From positions 1,548 through 65,547 of the forward strand of contig CALJNA010000022.1 in NCBI GenBank assembly GCA_937981955.1: 64,000 bases of DNA, in the 5' to 3' direction. Below the pieces are notes generated by a model. The model made no database searches, was not told the DNA's origin, and saw only the letters and a list, made by a program, of their open reading frames with translations. Positions within the stretch are counted from its first letter, which is position 1, and each line of letters begins with the position of its first letter. The DNA comes from an uncultured Granulosicoccaceae bacterium. Lineage in GTDB: Bacteria; Pseudomonadota; Gammaproteobacteria; Granulosicoccales; Granulosicoccaceae. Both the position numbers and the translations under genes were made by a program. This document shows, in pieces, positions 38,521 to 48,111 of this stretch.

Positions 38521-40944
38521 ATGAAAAGTCATACTCAGGCGGTTGTCATCGGAGGTGGTCTGGTTGGCTGCAGCATTTTGTATCATCTGACTAAACTTGG
38601 CTGGACTGATGTGATGTTGCTGGAGCGGGACGAGCTTACCTCCGGTTCCACCTGGCATGCCGCTGCAAACATTCATGGCTTGCACGATCACAATAACATT
38701 TCAAAACTGCAGTACTACACCATGAAGCTCTATAAAGAACTGGAGGCAGAGACCGGGCAAGGTTGCGGTATCTTCCAATCCGGCTCTTTGTATCTGGCAC
38801 AAACTGTTGAACGGGAACATCAACTGCGTATTCAGGAGGCCAAGGCACGCTATTTTGGTGTGGATTTTTATGAGGTTTCAATTGATGAGGCGAGACAGCT
38901 GCACCCATTAGTCGATTTCACCGGTATACGTTGCGTTATGTTCGAGCCCGATGGTGGCAATGTTGATCCATCTGGTGTAACACAGGCGTATGCAGCTGGC
39001 GCACGAGCCAGAGGAGCCGAGATACATCGATTCACGCCGGTTATTGAAACTAATCAACGTAATGATGGTGGTTGGGACGTGGTGACGCCAAAGGGAACGG
39101 TGCATGCAGATGTTGTTGTAAATGCTGCTGGTCTATGGGGTCGTGAGGTGGCCAGACTTGCCGGGTTTGAGCTACCCCTTATGACCATGGAGCACCAGTA
39201 TTTTGTGACTGAAAGCATTCCTGAAATTGAAGCTATGTCGTCAAGATTGCCGTCGGTTGCTGATCGGGATGGTGAATACTATTTGCGACAGGAGGGCAAT
39301 GGTTTGCTCGTGGGCGCCTACGAACGTGATGGCCGCTTCTGGGCCATCGATGGCACACCACTGGATTTTGGGCATGAGCTATTGCCTGATGACCTGGATC
39401 GTATCGAAGACAACATGGAACGCGCATGTTTGCGTTTGCCTGTGTTGGGTGAGGCTGGAATCAAGCGAGTGATCAACGGACCGATGATCTGGTCTCCAGA
39501 CAGTTCAGCTTTGTTCGGGCCAGTCCCCGAACTTGAAAACTACTATTGCTGTAACGGCATCATACCCGGTTACAGTCAGTCAGGCGGTCTGGGTAGTCAA
39601 TTGGCACAGTGGATTGTAGAAGGCGAGACAGAGCTTGATATGTTTGCCTGGGACATGGCGCGTTATGGTGACTGGACACCAAAGACCTATGTTATGGAAA
39701 GAGCGATGGATTGCTATACGCATCGCTTTAAAATACATTTCCCATACGAAGAACGTGAGGCCGGACGACCGGTACGCACCCGACCGGTTTACGAGAGGCA
39801 ATTGGAGAAAGGTGCGGTGTTCGGCTTGAACTACGGTTGGGAACATCCGTTATGGTTTGGCGGTGATGGTACATCACCTACTGAGGAGTATGGTTTTGAT
39901 CGACAAAACTGGTTTGAACCTGTGGGCAAAGAGTGCCGGGCGTTGCGGGAAAGTGTTGGGATTATCGATGTATCGAATTTTGGCAAGTATCGAGTAAAAG
40001 GGCATGGAGCAGGTGACTGGCTGGACTTGGTCGTCGCCAACAAGGTTCCGCGCGAGACCGGTCGTTCATGTCTAACGCCATTGTTAGGTAAACGTGGTGG
40101 TATCGCAGGTGATTTCACTATTACGCAGCTTGATGAAGATGACTATTGGATGGTGGGTTCGGGTATGGCCGAGCGTTATCATCAGCGTTTTTTTAAAGCG
40201 GTGCCGCGCCCCGATTCTGTGAGTTTTGAATCGCATACCGTTTCACACTGCGGTTTCAATGTAGCAGGACCAAACGCCCGAGAGCTGCTGTCGCGATTGA
40301 CCAACAGCGATTTATCCAACGAAGCCTGGCCGTTTATGCGTTCAAAAAAAATCAATGTCAGCGGTATTGAAACAATTGGCTTGCGTGTCTCGTTTACCGG
40401 GGATCTTGGTTGGGAACTTTACGTGCCTGAAGATCAGCAGTTGGCGCTGTACGATGCACTGCTCGACGCTGGCAAGTCGCTCAACGTAGTGCCGGTAGGG
40501 GGTCGATCGTTACTGTCGTTACGAGTTGAGAAAGGGTATGGCAGTTGGGGGCGTGAGTATTCTCCTGAGTACTGGCCACAGGAGGTAGGGCTTGACCGAT
40601 TAATAAAACTTGATAAGCCAGAATTTCTGGGGCGTGACGCCTATCTGGCGATAAAGGATAAAGCCCCGCGAGAAAAGCTCGTAATTCTTGAAATTGATCC
40701 AGTGCACAATGCCGATGCAACAGGTGGAGAGCCGGTCTTCCTAAAGGACGGCACACCAGTTGGACGAGTGAGTTCTGGTTCATACGGCTATGGTGTTGAA
40801 AAATCCCTGGCCCTGGCGTTTATACAGGCGGATAAATTAACGAAACATTCTGAGTTTCATGTGGCCGTTCTGGGATTAAACCATGATGCGGTATTACTTC
40901 AAGAGCCACCGTTTGATGCAAAGGGCGAAAAACTACGCGCCTGA
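38521..40944 (+). CDS. GcvT-family FAD-dependent oxidoreductase (dimethylglycine/sarcosine dehydrogenase-like)
   Basis: GGGLVG, LTSGSTWHAA (flavinylated His motif), EHQY, then GcvT folate domain (RVSFTGDLGWE, SLRVEKGY). Confidence 0.9.
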   Translation: MKSHTQAVVIGGGLVGCSILYHLTKLGWTDVMLLERDELTSGSTWHAAANIHGLHDHNNISKLQYYTMKLYKELEAETGQGCGIFQSGSLYLAQTVEREHQLRIQEAKARYFGVDFYEVSIDEARQLHPLVDFTGIRCVMFEPDGGNVDPSGVTQAYAAGARARGAEIHRFTPVIETNQRNDGGWDVVTPKGTVHADVVVNAAGLWGREVARLAGFELPLMTMEHQYFVTESIPEIEAMSSRLPSVADRDGEYYLRQEGNGLLVGAYERDGRFWAIDGTPLDFGHELLPDDLDRIEDNMERACLRLPVLGEAGIKRVINGPMIWSPDSSALFGPVPELENYYCCNGIIPGYSQSGGLGSQLAQWIVEGETELDMFAWDMARYGDWTPKTYVMERAMDCYTHRFKIHFPYEEREAGRPVRTRPVYERQLEKGAVFGLNYGWEHPLWFGGDGTSPTEEYGFDRQNWFEPVGKECRALRESVGIIDVSNFGKYRVKGHGAGDWLDLVVANKVPRETGRSCLTPLLGKRGGIAGDFTITQLDEDDYWMVGSGMAERYHQRFFKAVPRPDSVSFESHTVSHCGFNVAGPNARELLSRLTNSDLSNEAWPFMRSKKINVSGIETIGLRVSFTGDLGWELYVPEDQQLALYDALLDAGKSLNVVPVGGRSLLSLRVEKGYGSWGREYSPEYWPQEVGLDRLIKLDKPEFLGRDAYLAIKDKAPREKLVILEIDPVHNADATGGEPVFLKDGTPVGRVSSGSYGYGVEKSLALAFIQADKLTKHSEFHVAVLGLNHDAVLLQEPPFDAKGEKLRA

Positions 40945-41355
40945 ATTTTTGCGAAAAAACAAGTTGGTCAAAACCATACCGCCTAAAAGCCCCGACCCGA
41001 AAACGAGTAAAGCCCACGGATTAATTAAAAAAGCAGCCAGAGCTGGTCCCGGACACAGCCCGACAAGACCCCAGCCAACGCCAAACAATATAGCGCCGGT
41101 GACTAATCTGGCATCAATGTTTGTCGCAGAAGGAAATCGAAACTTGATATCAAACCACGGTTTACCAGCGCGCCCAATCCATCGATAGCCAAAAAAGGTG
41201 ACAACAACCGCGCCGCCCATGACAAACGCGAGTGACGGGTCCCAATCGCCGAATAAATCGAGAAAACCAAGTACCTTGGCCGGATTGACCATACCGGAAA
41301 CGATAAGCCCCAGACCAAACAGTAATCCGATAAGCAATGCAGATAGATGTTTCAT
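40933..41355 (-). CDS. YeeE/YedE-family short membrane protein (DUF6691-type)
   Basis: SGMVNPAKVLGFLD..G.WDPSLAFVMGGA, FGVGWGLVGLCPGPA. Confidence 0.87.
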   Translation of the reverse strand: MKHLSALLIGLLFGLGLIVSGMVNPAKVLGFLDLFGDWDPSLAFVMGGAVVVTFFGYRWIGRAGKPWFDIKFRFPSATNIDARLVTGAILFGVGWGLVGLCPGPALAAFLINPWALLVFGSGLLGGMVLTNLFFRKNSGA

Positions 41356-41366
41356 TATATTGTCCC

Positions 41367-41777
41367 TTATAAATGCCTGATAATGAATACGGTAATCATC
41401 GCACTGGCCATAAATACCATGGTAGCCACAATGGATCTGACTGACAGGCGGGGCAGCCCGCAGACGCCGTGACCGGATGTGCAGCCATTTCCAGTGACAG
41501 TGCCAATGCCAACGATAAGGCCTGCGATTAACAGAACGATTGGATTGTGTGTGATAGTCACAATCGGAAATTCACCAGTGAACAATCGGGCCAGCAGCGG
41601 TGATACAACAACGCCGGCCACGAACAGTGCTCGCCATTGCCAGTCAGCTGCCATTGGTGGCAATAATCGGCTGACAATACCACTGACACCCATGATCTTG
41701 CCGTGAGCGGCCATCAGTAATACCGCCGCTGCTCCTATCATAAGCCCGCCCAATAGTGCTAAAACAAAGTCGTGCAT
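41367..41777 (-). CDS. YeeE/YedE-family short membrane protein
   Basis: GKIMGVSGI, GNGCTSGHGVCGL.RLS.RS. Confidence 0.88.
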   Translation of the reverse strand: MHDFVLALLGGLMIGAAAVLLMAAHGKIMGVSGIVSRLLPPMAADWQWRALFVAGVVVSPLLARLFTGEFPIVTITHNPIVLLIAGLIVGIGTVTGNGCTSGHGVCGLPRLSVRSIVATMVFMASAMITVFIIRHL

Positions 41778-41913
41778 GGTTCGTTAATCCGTGTTTGAAA
41801 ACTGGTTAATAAAGACAGTCAGTAATGACAGCATTGCCACTGGGCGAGAGTATAATTGAAACACCTGGTTTACCAAGCCTCAAACGTATTTTTTTGCTAA
41901 ATGTGAAGGTTCT

Positions 41914-43155
41914 TTATTGGTTGAAACGAACATAAGGTGGCTCTATGGTGCTGTTGTCTATTCGGTATTGTAAAACCGTATTGCCGATAAAATCAGGACT
42001 GCCTGTTTTGTCACTGTTGAGTTCATTGTTTCTGATGTCTAGCCTGGAGACATAGCCGTGGCCTTCATTAACGTCGAGTGTTGTGTGTGGGTTGCAATTG
42101 ATTTCCGGCTCATCCAGAAAACCACCTTTACTGTATCCACCAATCAGAACATCACCATAGTGTGTTAGTGATGATTTATTTTGATAGATTTGAACAAACG
42201 ATGAGGTCATACAATTTTCAGCACCGACGACAAGTCCCCACGGCACATTGGAAACGGTATTGTCGGATACTCTGATCGAATGAGCTCCGTCGATATAAAT
42301 TGCTCCTGCCCATGACATTTTATTGCCGTAAGCTGGGTTGTTGATCGTACTCATGTCCACAACAGTGTTTCTTTCGATAAAACCGTATCGGGCCTTATCA
42401 AATTCCCCTGGCACTATACGTCCATTGGCTAATGTCTGAACCGGGGCGGTGCCCTCCCCACCAATGGCATCAATAGCGATATTATTGATGTCTCTTATTG
42501 TGTTACCAATTATTTCCCATTGGCGAACGTTGCCGTTGACAACGATACTTTCACTGGAGCCGGTTCGCATGTCGGATACGTGATTGTTCTCGATAATAAT
42601 GTTGTGAATGGCTGATCTATCGTCGGCACCAGTTCCGTAGAAAGCAATCGCATGTGCGTTGTCACGTCCGTGAAATGATGTAAATCGGTTGTTCGATATC
42701 AGCACGTGAGAAATATTCGAATTATAGGTACCTACACCAAAAATATCGGGTGATCTAATCTGGTTCTCGCCATCAAGATTCAAATTGGTAAAGATAATTT
42801 CACTAACACCTTTTCCAATTCGAAAAAAGAATCCGTTTGCACCCGGTGTATCCGCCATGCGAATGCGATTACCTGTCACACCAGATAAGCGAACTTTAGA
42901 ACGATTTATATTGATGGATTTTGACAAGGTCAATTGATTGATCTGCAAGTCGCAATAGCCTTTTGCTGGACATTGTTTTAGCGCTTGCTCAATTGAATCT
43001 TTAACAATGATGGTGCGAGCATCTTTGAATGATGCTATCCAGGACCGGTCCGGTCGGTCATTGTGCGTAACAAACGATGATGCATTGACGGTTGTTAAAA
43101 AATTCAATGCACAGAATAAATATGTCAACAGGTATAAAAGGAAAGTTTTACGCAT
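41914..43155 (-). CDS. Secreted right-handed parallel beta-helix (pectin-lyase-like) protein
   Basis: Signal peptide; Asn/Ile-rich repeats (ISNNRF, IENNHV, IGNTI, IERNTV, VSDNTV). Confidence 0.75.
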   Translation of the reverse strand: MRKTFLLYLLTYLFCALNFLTTVNASSFVTHNDRPDRSWIASFKDARTIIVKDSIEQALKQCPAKGYCDLQINQLTLSKSININRSKVRLSGVTGNRIRMADTPGANGFFFRIGKGVSEIIFTNLNLDGENQIRSPDIFGVGTYNSNISHVLISNNRFTSFHGRDNAHAIAFYGTGADDRSAIHNIIIENNHVSDMRTGSSESIVVNGNVRQWEIIGNTIRDINNIAIDAIGGEGTAPVQTLANGRIVPGEFDKARYGFIERNTVVDMSTINNPAYGNKMSWAGAIYIDGAHSIRVSDNTVSNVPWGLVVGAENCMTSSFVQIYQNKSSLTHYGDVLIGGYSKGGFLDEPEINCNPHTTLDVNEGHGYVSRLDIRNNELNSDKTGSPDFIGNTVLQYRIDNSTIEPPYVRFNQ

Positions 43156-43282
43156 TTGGTGTCAGTAGATAGTCGCTAGTCGGAATGGATGGTATTAATA
43201 CCGATAATTGGAGTGTTTAGTGTTTGAATCAGGAGTGAATGCTGCAGTAGAGTATAGCTATGCCTCAACCAGAGTAAGATTT

Positions 43283-44536
43283 ATGTGGCTGGATGAACAT
43301 CTCTTTTCAACAATACGTATTAACATTACGCGAACGTTTCCAGTGCTGCTGGCAATGTTGCTCATTTCGTGTGGAAACGACGCTCAACAAATCGATACAA
43401 ATTCGATTGCGGCTGGTTTGTCAGGTCAGTCAGAACAGCGAGAGATTGTTACCGGTGACACTTCGCGAGCAACTGATACATCAAGCTCAGTTGTGCCCGT
43501 ACCAAGAGATTTAAGAGTAACCGGTTTGCGTTCCGGCTATGTGTCTTTGCAGTGGACACCGTCCTCGGGGGATTCAATACGCCATCATCCTGCACAAGAC
43601 TCGGTTAGCTATTATCGCGTGCTCAGAAACAATGAACCGTTTACCAAGGCGTTTTCCCCGTTTATTGAAGACACGAATCCGCCTGAAGGGTTGGTTATTT
43701 ATGGCATACAGGCTGTCAAATATGCGTCCAATGGTGAGTTCACTGTCGATTATTCAGAGTTGAGTGAAATCAGCATTGTGGTTCCTTCCTCGCGATCAGA
43801 AAGTCAGCAGCTGGGAGGTATCGAAGTTAATGCAACTACTTTCAATGATGAACTGCGATTAAGTCAGAATTGCATTAATGCATTTCAACGCACAGATGGA
43901 GCAGTTTTATGTGTGGATCAAACGGGCGGCGTTTGGGCAGATTCTTTGCTCGACGGGTCCGGTGAAAAGCTGGCACTGACGAGCGCTTCGGTTAATGGGT
44001 TACTGGTCGCAGCAGAGAATCAACCGGCAGTGCTGGGTCCAATTCCGGACATCCCGACCTGGTCTGTGGTTCAACTTGCAACCGGGAATACATACCAGGG
44101 AACCCTGCAGCTCGATGCTCATCTTCAGACAGGTGAACGTCATCTGGTTAATGGGGTGGTGGTATCTGATAACGATGAGATTTTCGTATCGGGTACAGTG
44201 TACCAGAGCTACATACCTCGCAGCCTTGGTCCTGCTCCGGGTGTTTTGCCTGTAACCAACGCTTATTATGTTCTACAGCTAAACGCACAAACCGGTGCGA
44301 TTCTTCAATTTAAACGTTTCGCTCTGGCAGACGCGCCCGGCGCGGTATCATCAATCAATAACGGAGCTCTTCAACTATTTCACACGGGTTTGATTACGTG
44401 GCTTGAGATAACATCTCTCGGCATCAATGCGCAACTGCGTGTCACCGGTAAACCGATATTGGAAAAAGAAGGCTTCGTGTATACCGAGGCAGCCTCGGGT
44501 GGAAATCAACCGAGCTACTTCAGGTTCGAACTTTAG
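43283..44536 (+). CDS. Putative lipoprotein with an FN3-like domain
   Basis: Lipobox LLISC, Ser/Thr-rich linker, PRDLRVT...VSLQWT...YRVLRN FN3 pattern. Start uncertain. Confidence 0.62.
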   Translation: MWLDEHLFSTIRINITRTFPVLLAMLLISCGNDAQQIDTNSIAAGLSGQSEQREIVTGDTSRATDTSSSVVPVPRDLRVTGLRSGYVSLQWTPSSGDSIRHHPAQDSVSYYRVLRNNEPFTKAFSPFIEDTNPPEGLVIYGIQAVKYASNGEFTVDYSELSEISIVVPSSRSESQQLGGIEVNATTFNDELRLSQNCINAFQRTDGAVLCVDQTGGVWADSLLDGSGEKLALTSASVNGLLVAAENQPAVLGPIPDIPTWSVVQLATGNTYQGTLQLDAHLQTGERHLVNGVVVSDNDEIFVSGTVYQSYIPRSLGPAPGVLPVTNAYYVLQLNAQTGAILQFKRFALADAPGAVSSINNGALQLFHTGLITWLEITSLGINAQLRVTGKPILEKEGFVYTEAASGGNQPSYFRFEL

Positions 44537-44669
44537 GCCGCATGGACTTAGGTTTACATTCAAAATTGACTAAACAGTTGATGAGTGCCATTTCCCGACA
44601 CGATCTTCGCTAAACCTTGAATTTTTTGCTACCTTCAGCCCTTACCCCGACTTTCTGCAGGTGATTCTC

Positions 44670-45458
44670 GTGGCTGACGAACTCAGAACACAACTCGATA
44701 CGCAGGGCGTGTATACCATCACTATGAACCGCCCGGATGTTCATAACGCGTTTGATGAAGAGCAGATTGCGCGGTTGACGAAAGCACTTGACGGGGCAGC
44801 TGCTGACGACACTGTCAGGATAGTCGTCATTGAATCTGATGGAAAGCACTTCTGTGCCGGCGCTGACATCAACTATATGCAGCGTATGGGTGGTAACACC
44901 CGAGAGCAGAATCTGCAAGATGCCGCGGCGCTTGCCCGATTAATGAAAACCCTGAATACACTGCCGAAACCGACAATTGCAAGGGTGCAGGGAGCGGCAT
45001 ACGGAGGAGCAGTCGGTCTGATCTGCTGTAGTGATATTGCCATTGGTGCTACATCGTCGGTGCTGTCTTTAAGTGAAGTCAAGATCGGATTGGTACCAGC
45101 GACGATAGGTCCATATGTTATACGCGCAGTCGGTCAGCGTACAGCCAGGCGTTTGTTTATCAGTGGTGAGCGGGTGGCGGCACATGCGGCGCAGAATATG
45201 GGCTTGCTGCACAGCGTAGTTGAAGATGAACAGCTGGACGATGCAGTGCAGGGTGTGGTCAGTGCTTTGCTGGAAAATTCACCTCATGCCATGGCCATAG
45301 CAAAGCAGGTTGTGTTTGCACTGGCGCCCGATACGGTGACTGATGAAATGATTGACTACTCAGTTGAGACGATTGCCGCTATACGAGAATCAGATGAGGG
45401 GCGCGAAGGCACCGCCGCATTTCTTGAAAAGCGCAGTCCATCCTGGGTGAGTAGCTAG
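44670..45458 (+). CDS. Enoyl-CoA hydratase family, methylglutaconyl-CoA hydratase (LiuC)-like
   Basis: NRPDVHNAF, FCAGAD, GGAVGL, SEVKIGLVPATIGPYV, EGREG..AFLEKR.P.W. Confidence 0.85.
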   Translation: MADELRTQLDTQGVYTITMNRPDVHNAFDEEQIARLTKALDGAAADDTVRIVVIESDGKHFCAGADINYMQRMGGNTREQNLQDAAALARLMKTLNTLPKPTIARVQGAAYGGAVGLICCSDIAIGATSSVLSLSEVKIGLVPATIGPYVIRAVGQRTARRLFISGERVAAHAAQNMGLLHSVVEDEQLDDAVQGVVSALLENSPHAMAIAKQVVFALAPDTVTDEMIDYSVETIAAIRESDEGREGTAAFLEKRSPSWVSS

Positions 45459-45486
45459 ATAGTGTTCTGACGCGCAGCAGTGCTGA

Positions 45487-46725
45487 TTATGCTGAACTTT
45501 CTATTTTAAGCTCGGTGTAACCCACATCGGCATCAAAGAGTTGTAAAGACTTCTCCAGAGCGGACACACCGGCAGGCACATCCACTTTTGCGCTCATGCT
45601 GGACATTGCTGCACCAAGCGCATGCAGAGTACGAAAGATATTGTGTGCCCTGCATTGTTCACCCATTTGACCCACCCGTACAATATTGGCACCGAATGAT
45701 CCGGAAATTTCCACGCGATAGCGGTTAGACATGGTTTGGAGCAATGTTGCCTTTTCAATACCATTGGGTACACATATGCCAACGACCGAGTTCAGACGGT
45801 GTGCTTGTTGGACATACAGTGACAGACCCATGCCTTCCACACCTGCTTGAAACGCCAGGGAGGAGCGCAAATGTCGCTTAAATCTGGCCGGTAGCGTTTC
45901 GTCACAAACCAGACGCAGGGCTTCATGAATGGCCAGTACGCCAGATACCGGAGCAGTATAGTGATAAGACTTTTGATACCAGAATTGATCTGCTAACTTG
46001 GCGTCGAGACACCAGTGTTGCATTGGTGTTTTGCGTTTCTGTATGTGATGCCAGGCAGTTTCCGAGAAAGCGACGAGAGAAACGCCGGGAATTGATGACA
46101 ATCCTTTCTGACCACCAGTAATAACTGCATCGATCTGCCACTCATCCATATTCAACGGCATGGTACTAAGCGTACATACTGCATCTACGACAATCAGGCA
46201 GTTATATTCTTTTGCGACTTTGCAAATGTCAGCCAGATCAGTGTTGCAAACGGTGTTGGACGTCTCGCCCTGCACTATGGTTAGAATTTTTGGATTGTAT
46301 TCCTCCAGGTACTGGCGAACACTCAGTGCTGTTGCTGATGCATCCGGTTTTACGTGCAAACGATTAACGACCCCACCAGAGCGTTCTGCCATGTCGGCAA
46401 GGCGATTACTGAAAAAGCCATTGCATACGCACACACATCGATCTCCGGGTTCCACCAGATTGGCCACTGCCATTTCCATTGCGGCAGAACCGGGACCGGC
46501 GACACCCAGTATTCGTGCACTATTTGTTTGGAATACATATGACGACATGCTCTTGACCTGATCAATGATCTGCGCCATGGTATCGCCAAGATGGTTGATC
46601 ACAATCGAATTAGCCGCTGCTACTCGGGCCGGAATTGGAACCGGCCCCGCGCCCATCATTAGCAGCGGCTCGTCAGGCAATATGCTGTCCAGTGTTTCAA
46701 TGTTTCTCGGTGCACAGATACTCAT
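45487..46725 (-). CDS. Class V PLP aminotransferase (alanine-glyoxylate / PucG ureidoglycine aminotransferase-like)
   Basis: LMMGAGP, QGETS, VDAVCT, GGQKGL (PLP Lys), YHYTAP, RVGQMG. ATG 46725 preferred. Confidence 0.85.
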   Translation of the reverse strand: MSICAPRNIETLDSILPDEPLLMMGAGPVPIPARVAAANSIVINHLGDTMAQIIDQVKSMSSYVFQTNSARILGVAGPGSAAMEMAVANLVEPGDRCVCVCNGFFSNRLADMAERSGGVVNRLHVKPDASATALSVRQYLEEYNPKILTIVQGETSNTVCNTDLADICKVAKEYNCLIVVDAVCTLSTMPLNMDEWQIDAVITGGQKGLSSIPGVSLVAFSETAWHHIQKRKTPMQHWCLDAKLADQFWYQKSYHYTAPVSGVLAIHEALRLVCDETLPARFKRHLRSSLAFQAGVEGMGLSLYVQQAHRLNSVVGICVPNGIEKATLLQTMSNRYRVEISGSFGANIVRVGQMGEQCRAHNIFRTLHALGAAMSSMSAKVDVPAGVSALEKSLQLFDADVGYTELKIESSA

Positions 46726-46837
46726 TACTGTGGAAATTCCATCTGATGGCAGGTTGTTGATGCATGTTAAGTTAGTGGTTGCAGCATTTTTTTGCAACTA
46801 AAATCAAGGTGTTTGTACATATTGGTAGCCAAATGGT

Positions 46838-47242
46838 ATGACGAAATCACAGATAGAAGTTGGAATGACTGCCTCCACGGAAATTGTCGTAGGTACTCGG
46901 GATACAGCCCATCATGTAGGCAGTGGCAGAATAAAAGTGCTGGCAACGCCAGTGATGGTTATGCTGCTTGAAGAGGCGGCGCTGAACGCGGTTGAAAACC
47001 ATTTAGCGCCCGGCCAACAAACTGTGGGTACCCAGTTAAATATCAGTCATATCGCGGCAACTCCTGTTGGCATGAGCGTGGTTGCTCATGCAGAGGTGAT
47101 ACAGGTGGATGGGCGAAAACTAATATTCAGGGTTTGGGCAGAAGATGAAAAAGAGCGAATCGGCGAGGGGACACACGAAAGAATTATTGTCGAGCTGGAA
47201 CGTTTTGACAAACGAATTAGTCTGAAAGCGAAAGAGCGGTAA
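46838..47242 (+). CDS. FlK-like hotdog-fold thioesterase
   Basis: GSG...VLATP, E, TVG...HIAATPVG, G.G.HER; a Thr-Glu-His triad pattern. Confidence 0.82.
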   Translation: MTKSQIEVGMTASTEIVVGTRDTAHHVGSGRIKVLATPVMVMLLEEAALNAVENHLAPGQQTVGTQLNISHIAATPVGMSVVAHAEVIQVDGRKLIFRVWAEDEKERIGEGTHERIIVELERFDKRISLKAKER

Positions 47243-47332
47243 CAAAAAACACGGTATTTTAGTATCGTGAAATAGTCGGCTTTTCTAAAAGGATCCGAAG
47301 CGACTATAACCAATGGTCACCGTCACGCAAAA

Positions 47333-48010
47333 CTAGTACGAGATTTCATTCTCCTGCAAATGATCAGTATTGCAATACTCCTTCACCGTGTCTGTTTCTG
47401 CATCAAAGTGTATGTGAGTAACGCTACTGTTGGTAATACCACCGCCATGGTATTTTGTTTGCGCGGGTAGCAAGTGCTGTAATAACAGTTGTTTGAAATC
47501 GGCATGGATGAAGCAGAAAACCACATTGTCCTTATCTGCAAAAGTGCTTCGAAGCTTTTTAGCTTGCTCAGCGGCACGCGGAATAGCCATATTCCATGTT
47601 TCATACACGTTCGATTTGTACCAGCCGTTTTCATCGATGTCGGGGGGTATGTCGGTCTCGGGAAATTCTTTGCCTATTGCCTCAGCAGTCATTCCCGGCT
47701 CAGCACTGAGTTTCCCAGGCTCATAGCCGCTATAGCATCCGCCCACCTCATAGATACCGGACCAGATACTGCTTCGCTTTCCTAAGGTTTCAAGCAACGG
47801 TTGCGCGGTTTGCAGAGTTCGGCGAAACGGACTGACCAGCACGTGATCAATACGGTCGAGGTTTGCATAGTGCAAGGCCAGCTTCCGTGCTTGTGTTTGA
47901 CCCAGCTCGGTTAAAGCCGGATCGGGTACTCGTTGAGTGTCCGGAAGTGCGTTGTTGGCAGATTCGCCATGTCGCACAAGGTATAAGTGAAAGCCAGGGC
48001 CGCGCGCCAT
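47333..48010 (-). CDS. Histidine phosphatase (phosphoglycerate mutase-like) family protein
   Basis: LVRHGES, LTELG..QA, SPF.RT.QTA, second His in FIHAD. Confidence 0.87.
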   Translation of the reverse strand: MARGPGFHLYLVRHGESANNALPDTQRVPDPALTELGQTQARKLALHYANLDRIDHVLVSPFRRTLQTAQPLLETLGKRSSIWSGIYEVGGCYSGYEPGKLSAEPGMTAEAIGKEFPETDIPPDIDENGWYKSNVYETWNMAIPRAAEQAKKLRSTFADKDNVVFCFIHADFKQLLLQHLLPAQTKYHGGGITNSSVTHIHFDAETDTVKEYCNTDHLQENEISY

Positions 48011-48111
48011 GTTTGCATCCCAAATTGATTTAAGTGAGCTCTTGGAAAGAATTTAGTTCTGCGAAAGCTGAGCTTACACCATTTTCAGCACTTAGCATTG
48101 CCGCCAAGCAG

